A DNA stretch of 64,000 bases from Octopus vulgaris. Lineage: Eukaryota. Position 1 is the stretch's first letter. Each line of letters begins with the position of its first letter. Below, piece after piece: positions 26,084 to 38,900 of this stretch. The notes under the pieces were generated by a model, which searched no databases, was not told the origin of the DNA, and saw nothing but the letters and a program-made list of their open reading frames with translations. The stretch lies in NCBI GenBank assembly GCA_951406725.2, contig OX597818.1, positions 90,024,001 through 90,088,000 of the forward strand, in the 5' to 3' direction. Position numbers and translations under genes: made by a program.

Positions 26084-26540
26084 TATACACATACATATAT
26101 ATATACACATACATATATATATACACACACATACGTGTACATAAGAGTATGTGTTTGTGCATGCACGTAAGGCTCTCAAAATATATATAAATTCTTGTGT
26201 TGAAATCCCTTAAAAGATCGATAAAAGAAGCACCAAATCCAAATAGCGGGATGCATTTAATTGCAAATATTCATTCCAAACACGTGTGACCTTATTCTTA
26301 TGTTAGAGATCGATATTACAGGTGAGAGGCCGGGAGCAATGGTGGTGGAGGGGATGGTGGCGGTGGGGATGTATGAGATAGTATAAACCTGATATAGTCT
26401 ATGGTGACACTGAATTTAAATTTAATATAATATTTAGAACAGGTGTGTGGTTAGAGAAACAACAGAGACAACAATAGCACCCCCGTCCCCGAGCTCACAA
26501 CAACAACAACAACAACAGCAGCAGCAGCAACGCCACCACC

Positions 26541-26572
<32 letters not shown>

Positions 26573-27129
26573 CACCACCACCACCACTAACAAGAACAAC
26601 AACAACAACAACAACAACAACAAGAGTAACAATGGAAAGTTTCTACCTGGTTGTTTGACTTTCTAGAAAGAGCAGCCAAATCCCCTTCGAAATGCAGCCT
26701 ATAATCTCAGGACAATGTGGTCCTGAGTTTCCTATAGATAGGAAAAAAGACAAGATGGTCACAAGTGGAATGGTTTTGAACATAGATTTTACTCGATCAG
26801 AGCTGGCCTAGGGTTAAACAACAATGCTGCAGCAATGGTGTGTGTTATTGCCGCTCCACCCGGTAGAGCAGCCAAATGTCTTTAAACCGCAATGTGACGT
26901 TGTGGAAAAAAATAAGGCACATTAAATAATGTAGTCCAAGATACACTAGATCTGAATAAATTGTGAGGTATAGTGCATGGAGGCTGGAAAAGTTTTGATT
27001 ATAGGTCTACTGGATGAACGCGAACCCAGGGCTAAACATGAGCAAAGCTAACTAAATCTGAGTCAATGAAGGGTCATTTATGCTGACGGTCAAATTGAGA
27101 TTTAACTATTATTCGTATGGGTGACAAAA

Positions 27130-27460
27130 CGGCGAGCTGGCAGAATCGTTAGCACGCCGGACAAAATGCTTAGCAGCAATTCGTCTTTCCTTACATTTTA
27201 CATTCTGGGTTCAAATCCACCCGTGTCAACTTTGACTTTCATCCTTTCAGGTTCGATAAAATAAGTACCAGTTGAGCACCGGGATCGATGTAATCAACTA
27301 GCCTCCTCCCCAAATTTCGGGCCAAATTTCCTATCGGTAGCGAATCAATAGAACCGTTAGAATGCCTTCCGGTATTTGTTCCGATGCTCTGCACTCTGTG
27401 TTCAAATCCAGCCGAAATCAACTTTATATTTTAACCTTTCAGAGTCGATAAAAAGATACG
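27130..27460 (+). mobile_element. SINE family B, diverged tandem copies
   Basis: GGCGAGCTGGCAGAATCGTTAGCACGCC head and central domain. Confidence 0.75.
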
Positions 27461-27983
27461 AATCCAGAGCAGTAGGTTAGTGGAACTATTAGGAGGGCGG
27501 GTAAGATGCTCTTCAATATCTATTCCGGCTCTTTGTGTTCTAAACGAAATGTCTGAGACGACTCTGGCGCTAACCTGTATCGGCCCAAATTAGCAGCTTT
27601 TCTCTTGGATAAACAACGGTGTAGGGTAGAGGGGAGACTTACACAGGTAATTGCAGGTCTTCCTTTAAAAATATTGCCAAAACTTGACATATGGAGTAAG
27701 TGAAGATGTATTGTTGACCTAGAACAGCTACCATTTCTCATAGGTCCAACCACCAGATAGAGGCTGTTCTGTTGAACCAGCAAAACTTATTTACCCATGG
27801 TAACTAGGTGAATCTTAACCACCTATTCTTAGTCAGTGGATTAAACAACTAGATGAACACTACATACTCACGGTAGCTCAGTTAACTCAGTTAATGGACT
27901 GTCGTTTTGATCCATATAATCTCTTGTTGATGATACCTATGATGAAAGGCGTTCCGGCCTTGAACAACCTCTTTACATTACTA

Positions 27984-28295
27984 GTGAAGGCGCGAGACTC
28001 AGTGGTTAGAGCGTCAGGCTCACAATCATGAGGTTGTGAGTTCGATTCCCGGACCAGGCTCTGTGTTGTGCTCTTGAGCAAGACACTTTATTTCACGTTG
28101 CTTCAGTTCACTCATCCGTAGACATGAGTTGTGATGTCATTGGTACCAAGCTGTATTGTCCTTTGCCTTTCCCTAGGATAACATTGGTGGCGTGGGGGAG
28201 AGGTGGCTGGTATGAATCGACGACTTCTGGTCTTCCATAAACAAATTTCCCCGAAATTGTAGTCCGGAAGGGAACTTTCAAGGTGCAATCTCATT
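27984..28295 (+). mobile_element. SINE family D (tRNA-derived, CORE-like)
   Basis: CTCAGTGGTTAGAGCG..GAGTTCGATTCCC, then CTTGAGCAAGACACTTTATTTC; copies at 37120-37470 (-) and 43265-43525. Confidence 0.85.
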
Positions 28296-29259
28296 TTACT
28301 CTCACAATATTATGACGGTGGAGTATGATATGAGGGAGAGTCGGTTGCTATGTCTAACACTTCGAGTAATGAAATAGCGGCTTATTCGTTTGGCGAGATG
28401 GGCTGTATTCTCATTTAGACGAGATTGATTGTATTTGCCTAAGTAATTAGCTATCATGTGTATAGCTACTTTACTGGTCGTACCATCATAGCATCATGGC
28501 TGTAACAAGAAAAATAGAAAAAAAGAACATGACTTTTATTAATGGTGTTCTTATATTTCACAAGTTCCTGTTAAATAGGGTATCTCATTATTTCTTAGCC
28601 ATAATTCCGCAGAGATCAACTTTGCCTTTCATCTGCGGGAAAAACAAATTGGTGGAATAAGTACCAGACTTAAGTAGGTACTGAAATCGATTTTTCAGAC
28701 TAAACGCTTCAAGGTGGTGCCTACCAACCACATGGTTCTGGGTTCAGTCTCACCGCGGAACACCTTGGGCAAGTGTATTTTACTATAGCCTCAGGCCGAC
28801 TGAAACAAATAAAAGTATAGGAAGAATACACACACACGCACACACACACACCCACACCCACACTCACACATATGTATGCATGTGTGTGTGTGTGTGTGTA
28901 TGTTTGTGAGTGAGTATGTACTCTGTGTGTGAAAATTTTAAAATCAAATTTGCAATCGGCTACATTCAGAACAATACCGAGGAGTTTCCCTCCCTACATC
29001 ACAGAGTTATACCGTAGTTGTTTCCCTTGAATTGTAATGTTCAGTATACAAGTTATAAATTTCGAAGATATCCAACGAAGGGCTCTGTCTACCAGATGGG
29101 CATTAAAATGTGAAATCATCGATGATTTGGCTATGTCCGCTGCTGTCGGGAGATCGCCTCCCTTGTCGGTCATTACAATAGTGCTTACGGTGGTTATTAA
29201 GTTGTTTTAACTAGCAATATTAGTACTGATTACTGCCCTTTGTCACTTTAGTGACGTTA

Positions 29260-29346
<87 letters not shown>

Positions 29347-29354
<8 letters not shown>

Positions 29355-30108
29355 TCAATATAGGGTGGCAAAAAAAAATTTTGTAGAATTCTTTGCCACC
29401 AGCGGCCTAGTAGGAAAAAATTAAAATAGTCATAGACCATTTTTAAGTTCAACATCAACAATAAAGGAACGGCCATAATAGGCCATTCACCCACTAGAAA
29501 TAACAGCCAAAGCTTCAACCGCAAATAAAAGTTAATTCAGTAAACCAGGAGAAAATTTAAAAAATTTAAAAAACAGTGGGTGAATGGCCTATTATGGCCG
29601 TTCCTTTATTGTTGATGTTGAACTTAAAAATGGTCTATGACTATTTTAATTTTTTCCTACTAGGCCGCTGGTGGCAAAAGAATTCTACAAAATTTTTTTG
29701 CCACCCTATATTGATTAATTATGAATTTTCTGGTTAATTCCGTAATGGAATCGACGGCTTATATTTATTTGCTGCCGATAAATTTGGCGCGAGTGCGACG
29801 ATTTGAAAATTTTAGGTCAGATATAAACTTGGCAACGTCGGAAATGCCTCGTGAAAATATCTGTTCCGTCTTGGGCTATTTCTTACTGAAGAATCTGAGG
29901 GCCTGTGGAAGATTGGCTTGATTTAATTTAATCAGGTTAGTTTACCATTAATCAGCAGATGAAACGGTATATCGTATAAGAAATTACAGGGTAAATGTTT
30001 TTAAAATTTTCTCCTGGTTTACTGAATTAACTTTTATTTGCGGTTGAAGCTTTGGCTGTTATTTCTAGTGGGTGAATGGCCTATTATGGCCGTTCCTTTA
30101 TTGTTGAT
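29347..30108 (+). mobile_element. Retrozyme/PLE-like element: 492-nt terminally redundant unit plus inverted 5' segment
   Basis: 29575-29616 repeated at 30067-30108; 29347-29567 is an inverted copy spanning the unit junction; (TA)n on both sides. Confidence 0.85.
29878..29984 (+). ncRNA. Type I hammerhead ribozyme
   Basis: ATTTCTTA-CTGAAGA-ATCTG..CAGAT-GAAAC-GGTATATC-GTA-TAAGAAAT; 8-bp stem I, 5-bp stem II. Confidence 0.88.
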
Positions 30109-30256
30109 ATATATATATATATATAAATCGCTATAGAGTCCGCTCGAACGGACAGCCATGTTAAAGTGGCTACGAATATTATTTAGAAAGATTTTACAAC
30201 TAGCATTTTTGCTTATACATACATAAATACATACATACATACATATATGCATAAAT

Positions 30257-30318
<62 letters not shown>

Positions 30319-30865
30319 GTATATATGTATATATGTATACATGTATGTATGTATTTGTGTGCGTGCGTGCGTGCGTGCGTGTGTGTGTGTGTGTGTGTTT
30401 CCCCACTGCAACCGCTTGACAACTAGTGTTGGTGTGTTTATGTCTCCGTAACATAACGGTTCGGCGAAAGAGATATATAGAATAAGTATCAGGCTTAACA
30501 GTAAGTTCTGGGGTCAATTCATTCGACTAAAATTCTTCAATGCTGTGCCCCATCATGGCCGCAGTCTAAAGACCAAGGCATATAAAAGATAAAAGGTAAG
30601 TGTGTCTCCCGCCCCACCACGACTTTGTTTCATTACAACTTTCAGGAAATGGATATCTTTTAATAGAATTATCTACAGATATAAGGACCAACTCAAGACA
30701 ACATTGGAAGCTACTGGAATTGAGCCTAAATTGACGTTGAAGGTACAAGGGAAATAACTCTTGCAAAACCTCTGTTGTCAAGGGAGAAGACCAGATTCAT
30801 CTCGGCGTTACAGAATTTCAAGGGAGGTAACTATAACGCACAAATCACTAAAATTGCAGCGATAT

Positions 30866-31115
30866 ACTCTCTCTTTTACTGGTTTCAGTCATTTGACTGT
30901 GGCCATGCTGGAGCACCGCCTTTAGTCGAGCAAATCGACCCCAGGACATATTCTTTGTAAGCCCAGTACTTATTCTATCGGTCTCTTTTGCCGAACTGCC
31001 AAGTGATGGGGATGTAAACACACCAGCATCGATTGTTAAGCAATGTTTGGGGGGACAAACGCAGACGAACATACACACACACACACTCACACACACACAC
31101 ACACTCACACACACA

Positions 31116-31173
<58 letters not shown>

Positions 31174-31281
31174 TATACATATAAGACGGGCTTCTTTCAG
31201 TTTCCGTCTACCAAATCCACTCACAAGGCTTTCGTCGGCCCGAGGCTATAGTAGAAGACACTTACCCAAAGTGTCACGCAG
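30866..31281 (-). mobile_element. SINE family A, 5'-truncated
   Basis: Reverse-complement match. Confidence 0.85.
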
Positions 31282-31339
31282 TATCATATTTTCTTATAAG
31301 AAATACTTTTTAAGACCATGTTGGTCATGTCATTTTAAG

Positions 31340-31392
<53 letters not shown>

Positions 31393-31518
31393 AACTGCTG
31401 CTGCTGCTGCTGCTGTCTGCAGCCGCTGAATATTTAAAATGTAGGTGTAATAAGGACGGTAGATTAGCAGAACCATTTGACAAAACTATGCTGCTGTATT
31501 TATTGATGGAATAAGTAG

Positions 31519-31768
31519 TTTACAGAATCATTTGCGGGATATAACTTTCGCCAGCGAGGAGGAGATCGAAACTGACATTTCAGAGTTCTTCGCTTTGAAA
31601 CCAAAAGAGTTTTACATTGATGGGATTAAAAAGCTTGTAAGTAGATGGAAGGAAGTCATAGATAATCAGGGAAAGTACATTGATGATTAAATTTCAATTA
31701 AATATAGCATTTGAGCTCTTGTTTCTTTTATTCAAAATTCGAACAGAACTTATGGGATGACCTGATAT
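31519..31768 (+). mobile_element. Mariner transposon 3' end
   Basis: LQNHLRDITFASEEEIETDISEFFALKPKEFYIDGIKKLVSRWKEVIDNQGKYIDD* then TIR-like AACTTATGGGATGACCTGA-TA. Confidence 0.85.
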
Positions 31769-31926
31769 ATATGTATATATATATATATTAAATTTAAATG
31801 TTGAAGTGAATCTAACGGTTTTTGTGCGTTTTTAAATGGCTTATAAACACCTTCCACACTGAATTTGTTTTTGTTTCGGCACACGACCTGAGATCAAGTC
31901 ACTTGCTATGCAAGTACATTTCTGTA

Positions 31927-32001
<75 letters not shown>

Positions 32002-32232
32002 AATTAGTAAATAAATGGCACAACTAAGTACCGATATTTACTGGAAATAGCGAACGTAAAAATACGACGCTAATGTATTAGCAAAAATGCGTGTGTGCAA
32101 CAAAATAGAGAAAAAAATACGACGCGTATGTATTAGCAAAAATGCGTGTGTGCAACAAAATAGAGAAAAAAAAAACCGTCTTACCTCCAGGGAGAACATC
32201 TGAAAGATGAAACACCCGGAAAATGGATAATG

Positions 32233-32302
32233 TGGTACCTGCAGGTTTCAGGTTTTGCAAGATATGTCTCTCACCCATATTTTGCTTTACCTTCTTCAGC
32301 CA
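32233..32302 (-). ncRNA. Type I hammerhead ribozyme
   Basis: TGG-CTGAAGA-AGGT..GCAAAATATG..CATATCTTGC..ACCT-GAAAC-CTGCAG-GTA-CCA; palindrome ACCTGCAGGT. Confidence 0.88.
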
Positions 32303-32666
32303 AACATATACCAAGACGAAATCTACGATGTTACCACATTAATACTAACACACTCGACTGAAATACGGAACGCTAACAGTACGAGAAACGGTGAAGAAGT
32401 TTCAAAATATCAGTAATGCAATACAAAGTATTGCCTTCCAGTAAAAAGTAGCCCGTGAGGGAAAAATACACAAATTAGTAAATAAATGGCACAACTAAGT
32501 ACCGATATTTACTGGAAATAGCGAACGTAAAAATACGACGCTAATGTGTAGCTTCACCGCGTATGTATTAGCAAAAATGCGTGTGTGCAACAAAATAGAG
32601 AAAAAAGAACCGTCTTACCTCCAGGGAGAACATCTGAAAGATAAAACACCCGGAAAATTGATAATG

Positions 32667-32736
32667 TGGTACCTGCAGGTTTCAGGTTTTGCAAGATATG
32701 TCTCTCACCCATATTTTGCTTTACCTTCTTCAGCCA
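32667..32736 (-). ncRNA. Type I hammerhead ribozyme (second copy)
   Basis: Identical to 32233-32302, 434 nt apart. Confidence 0.88.
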
Positions 32737-33086
32737 AACATATACCAAAACGAAATCTACGATGTTACCACATTAATACTAACACACTCGACTGAAATAC
32801 GGAACGCTAACAGTACGAGAAACGGTGAAGAAGTTTCAAAATATCAGTAATGCAATACAAAGTATTGCCTTCCAGTAAAAAGTAGCCCGTGAGGGAAAAA
32901 TACACAAATTAGTAAATAAATGGCACAACTAAGTACCGATATTTACTGGAAATAGCGAACGTAAAAATACGACGCTAATGTGTAGCTTCACCGCGTATGT
33001 ATTAGCAAAAATGCGTGTGTGCAACAAAATAGAGGAAAAAAACCGTCTTACCTCCAGGGAGAACATCTGAAAGATGAAACACCCGG

Positions 33087-33137
<51 letters not shown>

Positions 33138-33186
33138 TATGATGTTATATATCCCCGAAAGGCTAAAATCATGTATTTGAAAATTA

Positions 33187-33237
<51 letters not shown>

Positions 33238-33288
33238 TACACTCACTCACTCTCTCTCTCTGTGTCTGTTTGTCTGTCTGCCTGTCTA

Positions 33289-33346
<58 letters not shown>

Positions 33347-33382
33347 ATGCATAGAGAGCATGATAGATAGACGGTATCCACT

Positions 33383-33617
33383 AAGGCGGCGAGCTGGCAG
33401 AGACGTTAGCACGCCAGGCGAAATGCGTAGCCGTATCTCGTCTGCCGTTACGTTCTGAGTTCCAATTCCGCCAAGGTCGACTTTGCCTTTCATCCTTTCG
33501 GGGTCGATAAATTAAGTACCAGTTACGCACTGGTGTCGATATAATCGACTTAATCCGTTTGTCTGTCCTTGTTTGTCCTCTCTGTGTTTAGCCCCTTGTG
33601 GGTAGTAAAGAAATAGG
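33383..33617 (+). mobile_element. SINE family B with TSD GGTATCCACT
   Basis: TSD at 33373-33382 and 33616-33625. Confidence 0.9.
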
Positions 33618-33894
33618 TATCCACTCATGGTAGATAGTTTGAATCTTACCTTCCGTAGTAGCTAGTTTGTCTATCCGTGTCAGAAAGTTAGTCTGTAACC
33701 CTTTTACTGCGAAAATCAGATATATCCACTCAAAATTTCCTTATTCTTAAATACAAAAAGCAGTTTTATCACACCAGTCTGTCTTTTGTTAAAGAATGTC
33801 AAGTTTGAAATTGTAATATTTTGTTGAGATGTTTCAAGCTTATTTAGACAACTTGAGTTGCTGAAAATGCCAAGTCTATTTTTTGGTATATATA

Positions 33895-34110
33895 GCCGTG
33901 GATGTGTGGTAAGAAGCATGCTTCTCAACAACATGGTTCTGGGTTTAGTCCCACTGCGTAGCACCTGGGCAAGTGTCTTCTGTTATAGTCTCGGGTCGGC
34001 CAAAGCCTTGTGAGTAGATTTGGTAGCCGAAACTGAAAGAAGACCGCCGTGTTTGTATATTTGCATTTTATATTTTTATAATTGTACTTTATAATCTCTG
34101 ACGAGGCCTT

Positions 34111-34180
<70 letters not shown>

Positions 34181-34449
34181 TAACTCATTTTTAACTGCAT
34201 ATTACCTCAATACATCTGACTAATATAGGCACAGTGAGATATCTTTATCTACAAGGCTGAAACAGCTGTAAGATCCATTTTATATGTATTATTTTTATGG
34301 TATTATCTTACTTACTGATGTATATTGTTTTATTATGTTTTTTCTCTGTTGGATTTGGATGTTCCTATTTAAGTAGTTAATAAATAATATGAATTGGTAT
34401 TATCTGTAAGTCGATGATTGAAAGGAATCTGTTCCGCCAGTTTCTTATT

Positions 34450-34503
<54 letters not shown>

Positions 34504-34710
34504 TACATACATGGATATGTTTGTGTTGTCATCGCTTGACAACTGATGTTGGTGTGTTTATGTCCCCGTAACTTAACGCTTCGGCAAAAGAAACCTGTAG
34601 AATAAGTACTAGGCTTACAAAGAATAAGTCCTGGGTTCGATTTGTTCGACTGATGGTGGTGCTCCACCATGACCACAGTCAAAATGACTGAAACAAATAA
34701 AAGAGTAAAG

Positions 34711-34713
<3 letters not shown>
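33895..34713 (+). mobile_element. SINE family A split by an HHR-bearing insertion
   Basis: 5' half 33895-34050, 3' half 34518-34713. Confidence 0.75.
34094..34274 (+). ncRNA. Type I hammerhead ribozyme with (AT)n inside loop 2
   Basis: ATCT-CTGACGA-GGCCTTG..CAAGGCT-GAAAC-AGCT-GTA-AGAT. Confidence 0.75.
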
Positions 34714-34782
<69 letters not shown>

Positions 34783-35589
34783 GTATATAAATATATGTAT
34801 ACATGTATGTGTGTGTATGTATGTATCTGTTTATCTATGTATATCGATATGTGTCTGTGTATGTGTGTATCTGTGTTTGTCTTTTCCACCGCTTGACAAC
34901 CGGTGTTAGCGTGTTTACGTTCCCGTTACTTAGCAATGCAGCAAAGAGACCGATAGAATAAATACCAAGCTTAAAAAATAGCCATGGGGCCGCAGTAAAA
35001 TGACTGAAAGAAGTAAAAGATATAAGATATAAGATAATTACAATAGTGTTGTTATTGGTGTTTGGATCAAACCTGAATCGCGTAAATCTATAATTAAAGG
35101 CGTTCCAGCCGTGACTATGCCATCTTTTTATCAGTCTCTGGGACTACATAGTTTAATGTAACATTTTCTTTATTAAGTCAGTAAGGTATAAATTAAAGGG
35201 ATATATAGTTGTTATTTCTAGTATTTTGATCTACCACAAAATGAGAGTCTCTTTATCAGTGGCAGCTATTTGGACATAGCGCATTACTGGTCCAGAATTT
35301 GATCCAGTGACTTTTGGTTGGCGGTGCCCTGCACTGTTTCTTGAACTCTTCATTAAAGACGAAGAGCAGAGAAAAGTTACTCGTATGTAACGCAGCCTCG
35401 TGAGAAAAAAAAAAACGAAGTACGTTTTCTTAAGTCCGGAAAAGAACAATAAGAATCAGTTGTGATCGATGTATAGAAATAGCTCCCCTATCAATCGGTG
35501 CACGGTTTACTGTATGTATAAACTGACATGTACCACAACGATTGCCATTGTTCTTAGATATTGTGAGGTTTTATCGGTGTTGTTTAGAT

Positions 35590-36256
35590 CAGTGCTTCTC
35601 AAAGTGGTGGTCCGCGAGCTATCAGCTGCCGGTACGCGGAGACTTTCCAGAAAAGAAAGGAACATTATAAAATGCTGATGTAATATTGTATTATATACTC
35701 TTTTACTCTTTTACTTGTTTCAGTCATTTGACTGCGGCCATGCTGGAGCACCGCCTTTTGTCGAGAAAATAGACTCAGTGACTTATTATTTGTAAGCCCA
35801 GTACTTATTCTATCGGGATCTTTTGTCGAACTGATAAGTTACGGGGACATAAACACACCACCATCGGTTGTCAAGCAATGCTAGGGCGACAAACACAGAC
35901 ACACAAACATACACACACACACATACGTATATACATATATACGACGGGCTTCTTTCAGTTTCCGTCTACCAAATCCACTCCCAAGACTTTGGTCGGCCCG
36001 AAGCTATAGTAGAAGACACTTGCCCAAGGTGCCACGCAGTGGGACTGAACCCAGAACCATGTGGTTGGTAAGCAAGCTACTTACCACACAGCCACTCCTA
36101 CAAAATAAATATAAGATGAAAAAAATTTTCAAATTTTATTATATTCATTATATATGTTGTTTCCGGTATAAATTGATATTACTAAAAATATTACCGGTTC
36201 CAGGCACATTGGAAAAAACTACCTAAACGCGACATCAGATAGTTTGAGAAGCATTG
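35590..36256. mobile_element. hAT (Charlie-like) MITE containing a SINE A copy (35696-36100, minus)
   Basis: TIRs CAGTGCTTCTCAAA / TTTGAGAAGCATTG; 8-bp TSD GTTTAGA(T/C). Confidence 0.85.
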
Positions 36257-36644
36257 GTTTAGACAATACAACCGAGAGGAATCAATTAACAGAAATTTTG
36301 TCTTTGTCAACACCTGTTTCAAGTTCGTAGGTCCTCGCTTATTTTTTTTTAGCAAGCCTGATCCCACTATGCGGGATCTAGGGCAACTGTTATTTTTGAT
36401 AGCTTCGCATCAATCCGTATCTTGTGAGTGAAATCGAGTAAGCGGAAACAGTGTAGAAGTCCATCGGGAGGACTGTATCTGCAATGAAGGTATATGGTGT
36501 TGCGCTGATTCTGTTTATGAACTACCTGTAAAGTATTACGTGTGTAGAATCTCGGCTACGTAGACGTTATTTCAGGAGGAGGTAATTCGGATGATTGAAC
36601 AAATGAATCGTCATTGTCGAACAACAGTGATTCACCAACACGTA

Positions 36645-37120
36645 CATAAATGCATGCATGCATACATAATACATACATACATGTATACATACATACATAC
36701 ATACATACATACATACATACATACATACATACACGCATACATTCATACATGCATGTATGCATGCATATATACATACATTCGTACATAAATACACAAATAC
36801 ATGCATACATACAGACATGCATACAAACATACATACAAACATACATGCATGCACACATAAATACATACATGCATACACACATACATTCATACATACAGAT
36901 ATACATACATGCATACATACGTGCATACATGCATACATTCATACATACATACATACATACATGCATACATACATGCATGCATACATGCATACATACAAAC
37001 ATACATACGTACATACAAGCTTACATACGTAAATACATACATACATACATACATACATACATGCATACATACATACATACATACATACATACATACATAC
37101 ATACATACATACATACATAC
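36645..37120. repeat. Degenerate (CATA)n microsatellite
   Basis: Direct inspection. Confidence 0.95.
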
Positions 37121-37470
37121 GGGTAAAGGGTAAAGAGTAAAGACTCCTTCGGTTACGAATGGCCATGGGATTGTACCTTGAAAGTTACCTTCCGAGGCAC
37201 AAGTCCGGGCAAGGTTGTTTATGGAAGACCAGCAGTCACCCATGCATACCGGCCTCCCCTCTCTATGCCACTGATGTTATCCAAGGGAAAGGCAGAGGCT
37301 GATACGGTTTGGCACCAGTGACGTCGCAACTCATTTCTACACCTGAGAGAACTGGAACAACGTGAAATAAAGTGTCTTGCTCAAGAACACAACGCGCAGC
37401 CCGGTCTTGGAATCGAACTCACAACCTCATGATTGTGAGCTCGACGCTCTCACGACTGAACCATGTGCAT
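37120..37470 (-). mobile_element. SINE family D
   Basis: Reverse-complement match to 27984-28295 with (TTTACCC)n-like tail. Confidence 0.85.
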
Positions 37471-37659
37471 TTAAATACATACATACATACATACATACAT
37501 ACATACATACATACATACATACGTACAGACAGACAGACAGACAAACATGAATGTCTGTGCTGACGTCACAGTGACAAAAGGTTTTATCTTAACTACCCAA
37601 ATGATTTGTATTGCCATACGAATCACCAGAATTACCACCGACACTTCATCTTACCACCT

Positions 37660-37775
37660 CCAACATCCCACCATCACCACCACTACGACAACCACCACCA
37701 CCATCACGAACAATAACAAGAGCAACACTACACCTCGTTTTGCCACCACCATTGCTGCTGCTGCTGCTGCTGCTG

Positions 37776-37817
<42 letters not shown>

Positions 37818-37975
37818 TCAAATGTACCACTACCACCACCACCTCGTTTTACAATCACGACAAACACGGCGACGACGACCACTACCCCAACCACCCTATC
37901 ACCACCACCACCACCACAACAACAACAACAACAAAAACAACAACAGCAACTACTACTACTACTACCACCACCACC

Positions 37976-38061
<86 letters not shown>

Positions 38062-38900
38062 AATAAATTGGCACCAGACATTAGTAGAGCCACTCTCCCC
38101 TCCAGCCCCTCTCATTACTATCCTCTTCAGCTATTTCAACCTACAACAATCAACTACCTGTACTACCACCAACTCACCTGACCACTACAACTATCTCCTT
38201 ACTTTTTCCACCACTAGTAACACTACCACCGACACATGTTGTTCTCTCTCTGCCGAATCTCTACCACGACAGCGACTTCTACGAGTACTACAGTCGCCAC
38301 TACATCTCACACTTCAGGACAAACATTCCTATCATCACCATTATCATTACAACTACCACTACTACCGCGACTACCACCGCCATCACCACCAATACCACTA
38401 CCATGACCACCAATGCCGCCACCAATACCACTATTACTACAACCACCGCCACCTAACAAGCATCACCATTACCATCGTCATCGCCACCACCACAAACATC
38501 ACCACCACCGCCACCACTACCACCACCACCACACCACCACCACCACCACCACTACCACCACCACCACCACTACCACCACTACCACGACTACCACATCATC
38601 ATCATCATCATCGTCATCATCATCAGTAGCAGCAGCAGCAGTAGTAGCAGCAGCAAAGCCCCCAAACCACCACCACAACCACATCCAAATACCATTGCCA
38701 CCATCAAAACCATTGCTAACGCTACCACTATCATCATCACCATCACTATTACCCTTCTTCCCCACCATCACCACCACCACCATCACCACCATCACTAAAA
38801 CCACCACCATCACCACCACCACCACCACCCAAATACCATCACCGCCACCACCATCACCACCACCACCAGCATCACCACCACGATCACCTCCTCACCGAAC
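37660..38900. repeat. (CAC/TAC/CAT)n low-complexity tract
   Basis: Direct inspection. Confidence 0.9.

Larger units (their letters stand above)
32000..33089 (-). mobile_element. Tandem retrozyme-like array, 434-nt unit, about 2.4 copies
   Basis: Unit starts at 32000, 32471 and 32905; near-identical copies; one HHR per full unit; (TA)n on both sides. Confidence 0.88.

Noticed and set aside
26640-27050. Old dispersed repeat fragments (also about 7330-7620, 28320, 35070, 58830-59110, 61930-62120)
   Set aside because: Similarity is visible but too degenerate to delimit or classify by eye
27984-28060. tRNA-like sequences (also 10330-10404, 3810-3880, 43265-43335)
   Set aside because: SINE heads continuing into SINE bodies; no complete acceptor stem, so not called as tRNA genes
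32000-33089. Possible CRISPR-like or assembly-artefact repeat
   Set aside because: No repeat-spacer pattern; the copies differ by indels and contain a ribozyme, which fits a retrozyme array
37547-38629. 360-aa Thr/His/Pro-rich ORF resembling a mucin
   Set aside because: Made of mixed CAC/TAC/CAT repeats that are open in several frames; similar tracts occur elsewhere in the window
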